Origin: Pelomyxa schiedti
Lineage: Eukaryota > Protista > Evosea
Length of the DNA stretch: 64,000 bases
Direction: 5' to 3'
Assembly: GCA_020536535.1 (NCBI GenBank)
Contig: JAHLWZ010000171.1
Span: 1 to 64,000, forward strand
The stretch's first letter is position 1; every line of letters begins with the position of its first letter. The notes beneath the pieces were generated by a model, which saw nothing but the letters and a program-made list of their open reading frames with translations, searched no databases and was not told the DNA's origin. Positions 12,533-25,474 of the stretch are shown here, piece after piece. The translations under genes and the position numbers were made by a program.

Positions 12533-13686
12533 ATGAGTAGTTACGTGGAGGAGGCGTTGTCGTCGTGCCGAGTTGGAGCCACTACTCGAGAGCAGCTTGG
12601 TGTGTTTTTGTCCGGGCACCGCGGGGGCCTCAGCCCCGACGTGGTCTACACCGACCCCGCTGCCTTCTCAGCCTTCTGCTCGGGCGGCGGCAACGTGCCC
12701 CTCTACGACAACGTAAGCAGCGCTCTGGCAGCTGAGATTTCGGCGTGCATTGCTGCGGCCACAACGACGGCCACGGGTGTCCCACAATCTAGAGTCGTTA
12801 GGGTGTTGGACGTTGGGGCCGGGCTTGGGGACGCACTGGTGCCTGCGTTGGAGAAATTGAGACTGAGCGACGAGGGAAAAGCTGGTGTGTGCGTCGATCT
12901 GGTGGAGCCGATTGCCAAGTCGCTGGACTCGTGCTGTGAGGGAGTGTCAAGGTTTTGCCATTGCGGGAGAAAGTTCTGCGGAACAGCACAGGCGTTCATG
13001 GAGTCCTGCAAAAACGAGGTTTGTGTAGGGGAAGAGGATTATGGGACGACGCACAGGGGAGAAATCAGCGAGTGCATACTTCGCTGTATTTTGCCACTAA
13101 TATTTTGAAATAGCTACTTTTTTTGTATGAAGATGAAAACTAAATAAATACCAATTTTAATCACTTACGGTTTTCAAGAGCATTTCATATGACATTGTAA
13201 TATCTTCCTTTGCTATGCAACATGTACCGCCACATGAGAGACCGGCACTGTTTGAATGGCTCAGGGGCATTTCAAAAACTTTTTGCCTTGTGGAATTTGA
13301 TGTAACTCTGCCACAGAATATTCACGATCGGCAACAAGTTCTTTTTGGTATCATGTTGTTCTCTATTCCCGCAAGTTTCATTTTTTTTACAGACAAATAT
13401 GAAATGGGTCTACAGGAATACCGGGGGGCTCCTTCTTTTAGTTTAGTCTCTCAGGTATCACTTCTTGAATGAGTACTAGTCCCTCACCTGATTTTGCTTG
13501 CAGGGTTTTTTGATGCCCATGCTGGTCAGTGTGCTATCACCAGATAAGACCCATATTTCCTATGAACAAAGCACAAACCTATGGGTGACTGCACTTGGCA
13601 GTGCGGGCTTTTCCAACATCACAACACGTCATATCTACAACTACTGGTGGGCCCCCTGTTGTCTTGTTAAAGCCACAAACAACTGA
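12533..13686 (+). CDS. Class I SAM-dependent methyltransferase
   Basis: Motif I RVLDVGAGLG; VDLVEP; YDIVISSFAMQHVP; C-terminal W..AL..AGF. Confidence 0.8.
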
Positions 13687-13893
13687 AAGACCCTACTGAG
13701 GTATATGAAAAAGACATTTTTTTTATGCTAAAACACAAAATCAAATAGGATGGTGTCTTCTACCTACACCCATTTGAATTTTAAAAAAAAAGAACTTGTG
13801 CCAAAAAGGCCTTCAAGGGAATAATTGATAGTATTGCATACAAGTATGAGTAGTAGTGTTGGTGTTACGTTGTCATCAGAGATAGCAAGAGCC

Positions 13894-16800
13894 TCACTCA
13901 ATGATCTCAACAAAGTTGGATGGGAACACGCCTGACCTGCCGCCGAGGATGCCGTTCCACCACCCGCTAGGATCTTTGCAGTCCTGCACTTGTATAATAT
14001 CTCCCTCCTTGAACGACAGATCACCCTCGTTCTCGGCCTCGAAGTCGTACAGCGCCTTGACTTTGCGTGGGTCGGCCTTGTTTTCCTGCCGTACAAAAAA
14101 AACAAAAGGGGGGCGTTGTTGGTATCTTTCTATTCCAGAACTCAACAAGATACCTTGTCCATCACCTCTCCGTCGAAGAGTGTTACAACTAAGTTGGTTC
14201 TCTTTCAGGGAATGAGTGACGACGGGTTTTAGGGCGATACGGATAAAAGGTTGTTTTGTATGTTTACGATGAGCGCCTCCACACATCAGAGTCATTAAGA
14301 GGTGTGAAGATCTCTACAGTAACATGGGTGCCCTGGAGCATGGTGGCTAGATCTGAATTTTCTTCTGGAATTTCAGGATTAAGTCGCGAGAACCAAAAGG
14401 GAAGAACTAAATACTTGATAGTCTGAGCTTGGAAAGCACAGAACCACCCTTTATAACAGTAGCAAGAATCTTGGCATGTGCCTTGGATAGTGCTAGTGCG
14501 CCAACATCTTAAGTTTTGTTTAAATTTATTTTCCACACTGAGGGAATGAAACACCTTCACTAATGTCTAACTCACGGAGTCTATCAACTTTGATAATGTC
14601 TATTAAAAACTTTGGGGAATCATCAAGCCTATTGCCTGGAAAAAAATGGGAAAGGAGTGAATTTGAATTTTCTCAAACCTGCAAGGCGCAGAGTGGTGAT
14701 TGAACTCACTTTGAGTGTTTCAATGAGCGGCTTTAGAATCGCAGGGGCTGAAAATCCAGTTGCTACAAAATTGAGACGATAGATACAATAAAGGGGTGAA
14801 CATTGAAGGTTGAGTGCTGTGATATGTCTGTTGGTCCTTAATGCCTCCAGAAGGGATACAACACCGTCAGAGCCTATCTTATTTCCTTTTTTTTTTTTTT
14901 TTTGGGTGAGGTTGTAGAATCGCGAAATTTTGAAACCTGAAATGTCAATACTTATTGCGGAATTAAGTCGGATAGCATCAGCTATTATAAAAGCTGAGGC
15001 ACTTGTTAATTTATTACCTGTGGGCGTCAGTGATGGCTATGCGTTTTGAAGAACAACGAGAAAGGTTTAGTGTCTTCAACACAGTAGGAACAGCATCCAC
15101 TTCTCCAAGTGGTTTAAGTGAACCGCCAACAATTGAGTTGTCAATTGCGAGAGAAGAAATGATATCTTCAACACCCGAAAATGATTGCTCTGTTTCAGGT
15201 AAGAACATAAGTCAATTTGGGCAGTTTCTAGCTTCGAAATCTCGAAGCTTCATTGATGATAAATATCAGGGCTGTCATTAATACTTGGGCATGCTTGTCC
15301 ATCAGATTGTTACCTAAGGTTTTATTTTTACATTTACAATGGCTACAAGGGGAAGAATTACGCGAGCAATTTACTGTTGTCAGAGAATGGTTGGCTTTGA
15401 GAACCTCAGCAAGGTCGTTTACACAACTAAGGTCGTTTTCATAACCCTGGCTCAGGTGAGAGCAATCTAAACAACCAGTTTGAATTTCTAGTTGAAAGAT
15501 CTGAGATACCAGAAAGATTCAAATCTCTGAGTGTACGATTGACTTTAATGGCTGAACAAAATGATCTCCACATTGGCAAGGCGAGAGAGGACCCTACGGT
15601 GCATGAGTGAGGGTACTTCAATTAGGGAAGAAACCAGAGAAATCCAATCTCATTAGGGGTGGGACATTTGCTTTCAGTACGTGCAGAACTGGATTTATCC
15701 AAGTTCCTTGCAACTCAGACAACTTTATGCCCCCAGCTATGTACTTCTTAGATCCGGGAAACAATAGACGGAATTACTTTGAAAGAAAGATGTTTGGTAT
15801 TGGCGGGCACGGTTCATTATCCACTGGTCTGAGCAATTGTTCCCTGAAGTAGTTGGGGGAAGGGACAACATAAAAACTGTGGTACCAATGAAATCCACAT
15901 TTTTTATTGCTGGGTTAAGTGCTAATGCTTCGGCAATAGCCTCTGCCCCACTGTCTTTGATTCTGCAAACTACAAAGGGTATCAACCAGGAATGGAAGGG
16001 AAAAGTAAAAGAGAAAAGGCCTCACAAGAAAGGTAAAGATGCTCGCTCCGAGTTATTTTCATTGCCTGCGCAATGGCTAGTGCTCCGGCATCGCCAATAT
16101 TGTTTCCTTACAAATGAGTTATGAGGAACTATAAGAGAGATATCAACTTGACAAATTGACATTAATCTTCCCAGTAATTTTGAATGTGCTTGCAAATGCC
16201 TGAGTACCAAGTGGTCCAATCTTGTTCCCTTAAAAGTTGTTAGGTTTACTTCTTTTTTCTGTTGAAAACCAGAAAGATTGAGAAACACAGTGGAGTTTGT
16301 TTCTAGAGTACGAGCAAGTGCTTGTGCTCCGACGTCCCCAATACAGTTGTCTTCACTATGTCATTCTATTTGAATGGAGACGGTGGTGAACCTGAGAGGT
16401 TAATTTCCTTCACTTTGGGATTTTGTAATAAAGTAGATGCAAGTTGTTCCGCGCCAGAATCCCCAATATCCATTTCTTGTGAAAGTAAATTGTAATAGAA
16501 AATTCGTGCCACAAAACTGGAAAGGTTGACCTTCAGAGGAATAGCCTCAAGGGTCCCATTTCCAAGATCTTGAATTTTATCCTCTTTTGTTGTTTACAAG
16601 AATGGAAAATAGTTTACAAACCTACCAAGAAGGGAATTGAGGGCGCTGAAAAAAATTCTGCTGTTCTCTGGGAACGCTTTGAGAGCAGATAGAACGACCT
16701 CGATCCCACCAAAACGGACTATCCTCGAGATATTTCCTGGAGTAGACATTAGATATCCCGTGGTGTGAGACACAGTGGAAATAGTGCCTTGGGTATGTGA

Positions 16801-18206
16801 TAGGAATTCCAAAAACTGACATCCATGTTGACATGCTTCCAGGGAGGAATTCCCAAAGTTTTTGAGGATTGATAGAACAGCCTCAACCACTTCTTGCATA
16901 ACCAGATTTTCTGTATAAGTGCCAGATGTTAAGGGCAGAAAACTAAACTACTCATCAGTAGAACTGAATATTAAACGTGGGTTACCTTCTTCTTGGTGTG
17001 GATTACCTGACAAGAGTTAGTTAAGTAGAGAAAAATATAATACATTTCTCAATTATAGTCTTCAATACAGCACAAGATTGCATAAATGCTGAACAAGAAT
17101 AAGAGAATAGGTTCATTTTTTGTATGACTCGGCGGATAGAAGAAATAGAGTATTCAGCAATCTCTTTGTCAAAACATAAGTGACCGTCTATTTCAGGGAA
17201 TGAGTAAAAACTTGGCATAACTATAGCCCGTTCACTTTCAAAAACCTTCAAATTTTTTTTTAGCATACCTTCGATCAAATGACGGAATAACATGGAGCAA
17301 GAGTTAAACTCCAATTCGATGGTGATAAAGGTGGATTCTAAAACGCTCAACACCTTAAAAGACGTTCCCGGCTCCAATAAAATTTCTATATTTTGTTAAT
17401 TCCAAAACTTCGGCCTAAAATTACCTCCATTGCGCAAGGTGCTGGAAAAGGGATGGAGGCGGTAACCCCAACTCTTTCGCAGTATAAATAGTGTTCCGCC
17501 AGGAGCATTTGAGAATTGTTCGGCTGCTTCCAAATCAGGGAAAGTAGACACAAAGGTATTCCACGTTACTGTGCTGCCAATGGGGTATTCTGCTAAATTA
17601 ACGGTCTCCAATCTTCTGAAGAGAGTGACCTCTCCGTTTCTTCCAATGCAAGGCAATTTCCTTAGTCCTTTGACCATCAAAAATAACAATTTCCACGCGC
17701 TTCTCAGTATTGGAACATTCAACTGTTGCAGGCCATGGTTGATTTTCAGAAATGGATTTTCATCGGAGTCATGTACTATCGAATTTAAGAGTTTAAGTTG
17801 AACAGTGAGAGACACTACAACAATCGAAGCATAATGCTACGGCGTATTTATCATCGTTTGAAAGAGAGAAACAGTGATCAAGTACACTGGGAGGAACACT
17901 TGAAGCCACTTTGTCGCAAGAATGTAACAGCAAATCAAGGTTCTGAGGAGATACTTCAGCTAGAGCCTCCCTGAAGGTAGGGGGCTGCCAGTTTGGTGGC
18001 ATGAAGCTATTTTGGAAAACTTGTGTAAAATGGGATGTGTAATTATGGAGGTAATACCAATAAATGTCCTCAAGAGAATGTAAGTGGTCAAGGTTAGCAT
18101 CAACAGACAATTCTCCTCCATTACTATTCTGACTTGGGTCATTGTTTGTAGTATTTGGCTCACATGAGACTTCATTGTTGGTCACTGGTACCACCAGTTC
18201 AGACAT
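13894..18206 (-). CDS. Multidomain protein: ADP-ribosyltransferase-like + ARM-like + RI-type LRRs + C-terminal SH3; 5' end uncertain
   Basis: LFRR / VTWNTFVST / GGTLF / EILLEPGTSFKV (ART); RIVRFGGIEVVLSALKAF (ARM); IKDSGAEAIAEALALN and related LRRs; KALYDFEAENEGDLSFKEGD..GWWNG..GVFPSNFVE (SH3). Confidence 0.7.
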
Positions 18207-18812
18207 TGTACCGGTCTCATCAGTGACTGGGCAAAGACATTGTGGTGGAGGAGGAACGTCTTCTAGCGCACTTTTTTTTTTCAAGAACCGGGTGAACTGG
18301 GTATGTAAAAAAAAGGTGCAAACATTTTTGAAGCGATATTGGTAAAAAACTCTATCCTAGCTTTGGAGTTTTCAATGTACTCTTGTCTTAAAACAGAATT
18401 ATGGAGTGAACAAAAAGTATAATAAAATTCAAAGATTGTGGCATACATGTCACATATTAAGTGACTCGTTGAGGGTTTCAACCTTGACAGCAAATCAGTT
18501 GTGGGAAAAAGAAAAAAAACAAAAGACGCAACGAGGGTTCAGAGGTCAAATTATGAACAACAAAGGACAGTTCCTTCAGTTGTGCTGCTAGTTCTTCTCT
18601 TTGATTTTTGTTTTGGTTGAGCGAAAGGGTTCGAGGACAGAGAGGACAACGAAAACACCTACATTTGTACAACTACAACGGATGTCATTGTGCTAGTGGA
18701 AACAAACTAAATAACCGCTTTGTAGCAACTTATTTTTGCAGAAAAAAAACCCAACCACATTGGCTAGGTGTGGAGTGGCAAATCAAGGAAGGAATCAAGG
18801 CTGTGGTTGTGG

Positions 18813-20275
18813 TTAGTAAGTACTAAGGCATGTATGTGGTCGTACGTGAGATGCGGGATACACTGGTGGATTTGGGGGAGCGGGGTCCCAGACGTCGGTG
18901 AACGCGGGATGAATCTGGTTGGGATCTTCGCCAATGTTGCAGTATTTGCTCATGACAATCCTAACTGATTCGTCACTGTAAGACACGTCCCAGCTGCCAA
19001 AACGGGTCTGGGAAACAAGAATTTAAGTTTGCAACGGTTTGTAGGAAAAACGCAACACTTACAGCTGTTCGAATGGCGCTGACAGGAGCACCTGTTTTAT
19101 GATCTACAGCCTCCTTAGAGGTTAGTGCTCGTTTCACCCAGATTCCCCATCTGTCCCTCTTAGTCCCACTAAATCAGTAATTCATTCTTACTTGAAGAAC
19201 CCAGGCTCATCTTCCCAAGAGTTCCCTTTTTCACGTGCCACTTTTGCAACCACCTACTGGGATGTCAAGATTTTTCTCAGATAAATGAAGGTTACAAACC
19301 TCGTCGGAGGTAAGATTCTGCAGTTGCTTCGTAGAGAAGAATTTTCTGCCAAAGGCCGATTTGCTACGGGAAGTAAACTTACTTATTCCGTGTGGACAAA
19401 GATACCAATACCTATTTCTTTTGGCATCTCTGCAACGCCATAAGATATTATTCTGCACCAAGAGTTAGACCAGTGAATGCATTCTTGAAGTTATACCAGG
19501 CACTCGTTTTCTGAATCCACATTGAAAGTTCGTCCATCAAAGTGGGCTTGAAAATCTCTCACTTTGGAAATCAGAGGCTTGTCCTGAGGATCCTCTTCGT
19601 CAAACTTGCACTTATTTAGGTGAAAATTGAATCTTTTGCGTGTTATCAATGATTTCATATTGGCCAAATACCTAATCGAGCAATAGCTGGCAGCCAGGGT
19701 AGAAATCTTTCCAACTCGGCCACTAAACATGAGGTCTTTCATTTCCTATTTGGAGATTGGAATCCGAATTAACTTGGGTTCCTCCAACACACAGTAGCGG
19801 GGGTCCCTGGAGGGTTTAGGGCAGGGAAAATCAGAGTTATCTCATCACTCTGCGTATATCCCGTTACAGCATGCAGCTTGGTGATCAAATCAGCAGTCGC
19901 CATTATCATGGCATAAGAAACTGGTTTTCAACCAAGAACTTGAGGAATTCCCACGGAAGCAATCATTCATGAAAACGATAATGCAGGGTGCCACATGACT
20001 CCCTAACACCAAATCCGAAACAGGAAGAAAAATAACAATAACAACAACAACAACATACTTCGCTTGTCGTATGGCTTCGTGAAGCCGCCCGTGAAAGTGC
20101 TGAAGGTGTGACCGTCCAGCCTCATTACAAACGGTTTGGTCGAATCCAAGCAAATCTCAGTCACCCCCTCATACGCCTTCATCCTGTCACCGAGCGAGTC
20201 GGTAGTCGGTGCATGCGCCGGTGTGCTCGTGCTCGTGCTCGTGGTGGTGCTCGTGACTGCGCTCGTCGCCGCCAT
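18813..20275 (-). CDS. tRNA(His) guanylyltransferase family, Thg1-like protein (TLP type)
   Basis: SLGDRMKAYE, MRLDGHTFSTFT, GYTQSDEITL, FSGRVGKISTLAAS, AHFDGR, WRCRDAKRN. Confidence 0.9.
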
Positions 20276-20522
20276 TTCGTTGTCCCGCTTTAATGATTGT
20301 TGCTTTGTTTCTTCCTGTGTTTCGCGAATGAAGTTCAAGGAGCAGGATTAGGTAAGGAATTCTATCAATGGATCTGATCTTAGGAATAATTTACTTTCTG
20401 TTATAAGGACAAGGATTTGCTTGGCACTGCCACATACAGTTTCCTTCCTTTTGGGAGTAGACTAGAAAGGTTCGCGTACTCCCTTGCAGAGTTGCAGGGT
20501 TAAGTTTGGCTACACGAAATCA

Positions 20523-21488
20523 TCAGGAATTTTTGGCAGCAGTGGCCATGGCTTGGATTGCTTCATGAGATAGCCCAGGGAACTGCTTGGCCAGTAGTTG
20601 AATGAGGTGGTCTGTGTCAATCCCGGTGTATTTTTCTCTGGTCACTACAGACTCCCCGGTTACAAATGACATCCACTGTTGAATGCCGGCATTGCTCTGG
20701 TAGTGAGCAAGCCACTCAGGAAGAGTGATGAATCCATCTTGGTTGTCATCCGCTTGGAACACCAACTGAATAAATTCATCGGTGTCGGCTGACAGTGCCG
20801 TGCTGAGTACTCGGCTCAGCATGCCACCTAGAATACGAAAATTAGGGGAAGAAAAGTGGGGTGATGAGGGAGCTGTGGTACTGCCGAAACTGTGGCCAGT
20901 CTGCGTGATTAGGTGCATCTGAACTTGTCCTTGCATGAGAGTTTTGGCTGCACCTATGGACTGGGCAAGAGCCTTCTTGAATTCCGGCTTTGTAACTTTG
21001 CCATCATCTGTTGAAATTTTTAGGATAAGGCTTTGTTTGGTTGCCCGGGTTTACCATCTAAATCGCAAGCATGGAATAAAAGTGTGGCCTTCTCCGCGCG
21101 GTCACCACGTGCCAGGATGCTGAGGCCTCCAAGAAATTCTTTGAAATGAAGCCTCCCTGAGCAAAGTGCTTAATACACAACAGCCAAGACACATTATGTT
21201 TTATGTAATTTGAGTCTCTAGACATATATTCTTTGACTGTAGTTAAAGCAAACCATTGTGGTCTGAATCAAACAACAAAAACAGAACTTCAGCAAAGTTT
21301 TCCTCCCTCACTCCCGGCACATTTGGGAATTTGGCCCCCACGTGCTCCATGAACTCCTTAAACTTCGGCAACCTCATCTCTTCGTCCTTGCTCCACAAAC
21401 CCATAATCTCCTTCACGTTCTCCACCGTGAGCCCCACCCCTTCGGCCAACGCCTCCGCAGAATGCGTCCTACTGGCCTCAGCCCCCAT
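20523..21488 (-). CDS. N-myristoylated EF-hand calcium sensor (NCS/calcineurin-B-like)
   Basis: MGAEAS; FDSDHN.G.LHFKEFLGGLSILARGDRAEKATLLF; DDNQDGFITLPEW. Confidence 0.8.
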
Positions 21489-21580
21489 TTTTTCCTTCTT
21501 TTTTCTTAAAAGTCCTTGGTTTGTGCACAAATTAAGTTTATTCTGCTTCGTGGAATTCGTCTAACAACGTTCCTCCTCGT

Positions 21581-24500
21581 TTAGGAGGAAGAGGAAGTGG
21601 CGTCGTCTGGGGTGTTTCGTTTCAAAATGACAAAGCCTTCCAGTGTGGGATTAAGTGGAGTATCTGTTTGGGTGTTAGTGTTATTAGCGGGTTTATGGGT
21701 TAGGGAGGTACAGTCGTCGGTAGCAAGCTCAGCGCGGTCGCCGTGTCCCAGTAGGACTGGTGTTGTGTGTGTCTGGAAGCCTGAGGGAATGTTAGGCAAT
21801 GAATGACCCAACGGGAAAGAACCTGTGATGGCTTTTGGCCGGCCGGCTTGCCCCGCCAAATCAACGGCAAGACCAACGCGTGCGGCTGTTTTTATTTGTC
21901 TCAACTCGTCGTCAAACGTCATCAGCATCCTAGGGTACATGGCAACGGCCATACTAAATAGTATGTAGTGTGATTGTCCAAGGATAACTGAGAGATAAAT
22001 AAGACAGAAAAACACTGTACAGTAAGTGTTACTTGTTTTCATGTCGAGGCAAGAGTGAATGACTGCCAGCAATCCGGCCATAGCAACAGGATTCATTAAT
22101 GTTCTATCACTGTGAAATGGGCTAAGAGTTACAGTTCCTTTTCCGAGGTGAAGAAGTCCTTGAGCTAATCGAACCTGATTTAAATTAGAGGTGAAAAGGA
22201 ACCCTGTTCAGACACACAGCGAAGAGAACACTCGGTTCCTTGTTATAGTAGTTGGCGAGGTGTTGCAGCATAGAACCCTCACGGCTATTATTGGTACCTG
22301 CTCCCACAAGTCCAAGGGCAAAGATGGCTGGGAGCCACATTTCCTGATCGCTATCATGTGTGAGCTTCGAAAGAGTATCCATAATTGAGATTTGTGGATT
22401 TGAAACACTCAGTAGCCCGAGTGCCAGAGGAACGGCTCGTCTGACAGCAGGGTCCCCATACCTATTAATAAAGATTTTAACTTCACTCTAAACATACTGG
22501 AGTCGGCTTACTGCAGAAGATGGTCAAAAGTCCTGGCAGCCATAGCCGAACCAAGCTCCTCCCCCATGGCAATTAAAGCAATTCCGAGAACGGCCACTCC
22601 TTGGGGGTTGGGTCCAGGAGGTACCTCCGCTCCTTCTTCTGCGTGCTCACCACAAATTTGCAACAATTGTTGCACCTTCAAAACGTTCCCGGAGCCCGCA
22701 TAGGCACATGTGGATATAGTAACAGTTGTGTATTTCCCGAGTGATCCTTGAAGGACTTTGGCAAGTTCTAGTGCTACTTCAGCAGTATCTCCTTTTCCTA
22801 CAGTAAAATTAGAGGTCGCCAAAAGTTAACTATGCAACCCAGGTATAGAAGGCCGAGTCCTACTGCTATAAATCTGGAGTATGTGGAATTTGTCAAGGGT
22901 TCTCTGGCGTCAAGAAGGCGTCCCATCAAAGCGTCAGTGATTTGGAAATTGGCAGTTCCAACAAACACCATACCAAGAGCCAAAGAAATGACTCCAATTA
23001 ACTGGAAAAACAACGATGAGATAACATATTTAAAACCCTTTGGCATACTTCAGGATTATTCATTGATTTGTCCACCAGGCCTAAGAGTAACTCCATTACA
23101 TCGTCTCTAGCGGTTCCAGCATACGCCAGACCAATGCCCATGATGGAACCCAAACGAAGGTTAACCTGTGGGGAGTCAACATGCTCCTGTAGAAGGGCAA
23201 AAGCAGGATCGAATTCATTTCTCACAGTGCAGTTGACAATACCTGTAAGGTCCATTATGTGCGGGTAAGGAAAGTGGTAAATCCAACCAATTCCGAGAAG
23301 AGCGCCTGCCTTTATGTACGGATCGGCAGTATAAAGGTATTTATCCAGCTGAGAAAGGCCTTCGTCAACATCCCACATTAATATCATTCCCAGGGAAGCT
23401 GCAGCGCTCATCATGCCATGGTCTTTATTTTTGAATATCCATTTCTTATCTTTTTTGTATTGGTTAAGGGTACGAAATGAAGAGGCTTTGCCTTCTTGGG
23501 TAACCAGAGCGTCTTTCCCAGATGCAACATTTACAAATGCGTTGACAAATGTTGAAGCGAGATTTGATCTGGCTGAGTCCACTGTGGTGCCAAGCGTTGA
23601 CCCTGACGCAAATCAACAGACAAGACCAAAAACAAGGGAATGTACTTGTTTCAGATCCGGATTTGTAAACCTCTTCTGGATCCTTGGGATTTGAGACTCC
23701 CAGATCCGTCTGTAAACTTTGGAAGAACTCGGATAGTTGCGCATTTCTTAGTATGGAGTTTATAGCCTCACATTCCTCGCTTTCTTCAGGAAGACCATGG
23801 ACTTGTGTGCTGCATGTTCCTTGTCTTGCAAGTATGAAAGCTAATTGCTTCTTCATTGGCCTATGTGCCCGTCAGATGAACATTGTGAAGAACCTCCCAT
23901 ACACGGAGTCACATTGTTGGAAAATCTGTTGGATGATTTCCATCTCCCCAAGTTTGAGGCAAAGCTGAATTGCGCGAGCGTAGTCGCCAGCCCGCCTAAT
24001 TGTAAACAATTACTCGAGTTCTGATATTTCAAGTGGGTATTCACCGGTAGATCTCAAGTGAAGTTCGATAAAACACTTTGTCTTCAGGTTCCGGGTAGTA
24101 ATTTGCACATGAAATTAAGTATAAACACACTCTTTCATACTTCGAAGGGATTTTAGTATCAACGTGCTCTAAAATCCGTTCCAACTTCCCAATCTGGACT
24201 ATGTTAGATTAGGTGTTCAGGGAAAGAAGATGATGACCTCCATCAACAAATCACAGGCATCCGGCTCTGCATTGTGCATCATATGAAATGGTACAATTAT
24301 ATCAGCTAGTGTCAGAAGCTCTGAAACGTCCTCTTCATTAGCCAACCGTTTATTGTACTCGTCGCCTATTTCCCCAGCTAGATTTCTTTATAGGTGTTAA
24401 TGCTGTTATTGTCAGTGAACATGTGTTACCTGACATATTCATGACCCCACGACTCCAAATCCGTTAAGTTGCCTTGCAGCTTGAATGACAGACTAGCATT

Positions 24501-25111
24501 TTTGTCAGTGTCATCAGCTATAGTAACGGCAAGCATTGACATTATATCTGCAAGCAAGGTCTACTGCCAGGTTGGTGGGAGAAAATGCTGGATTGAAAAG
24601 ATACCTTATTAGGGCCGATGGGAAGAGTGGCGAAGCATTCCTTCAATGCAGGATAATGCGGGCGAAGGAATTTGAGTGGTTTGGGTGCTGATGTCATGGT
24701 GGATGTGGCTTGTCTGATCTCCTTTCTATGCAGGTTAGAGAATGACAATGAAGCCGGATCTCATTTTAAAAAAACCTCACCTTAATGTTTCTAGTCCTGC
24801 AGCCTGCAAATTGGTGTCTACGTCTTTGATTCTGGTTACACATGTTTCAATAATTACTTTGAGTTCAAGATCTTCAGGGGACTGCACGCAAAATGGTTTT
24901 TAGTGTTGTTTGCGTCGTTATATAAAAAAAGAAGGTACCACGTGACACCAACAACAGTCACAAAATTTAAATACCACTGGGGATTAAAGGGGGGGGCAAA
25001 AAAAATAAAAGAGCCACAATGACACACCAGCTCAGATTCATCGTCCCCCTTCTTTTTCTTGGCAGGTTTGGCAGCTGCGGACGTGGTGGGTGTCGAAGTG
25101 GCCTTGCTCAT
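21581..25111 (-). CDS. RPN1: 26S proteasome regulatory subunit RPN1 (PSMD2)
   Basis: [17 protein letters not shown]; [17 protein letters not shown]; [18 protein letters not shown]; [12 protein letters not shown]; [10 protein letters not shown]. Confidence 0.95.
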
Positions 25112-25474
25112 CGCCTCGTTTGTTTTTTCTTCTTCTTCTTTTTTTTTTTTTTTTTTTTTTCTTTTAATTTCCTTTTTAATTTGGAAAACAAACCTTCACC
25201 TCGAAGACTGGGACCCACTACCACTCTTGTCAACCCATGAAGGAGGTTGTGGTGCACCGTGAGTCCTGATTCCCAAGCGACGGAGGATAAGCTACCAGAT
25301 TCTATCACAAAAAAGAACAAGGAAGGAAAAAAAAAATCAATTCACGGAATCCTTTGTTAATCGGACAAGACAAACACAAACACACCCCAATTTGCATGCG
25401 TGCATGGCAAGGCAAGGCCAGACCAGGCAGGCAGGGCCGGCCTATCCTCCGCCCAGAGAGAGAGAGAAGTCCCC

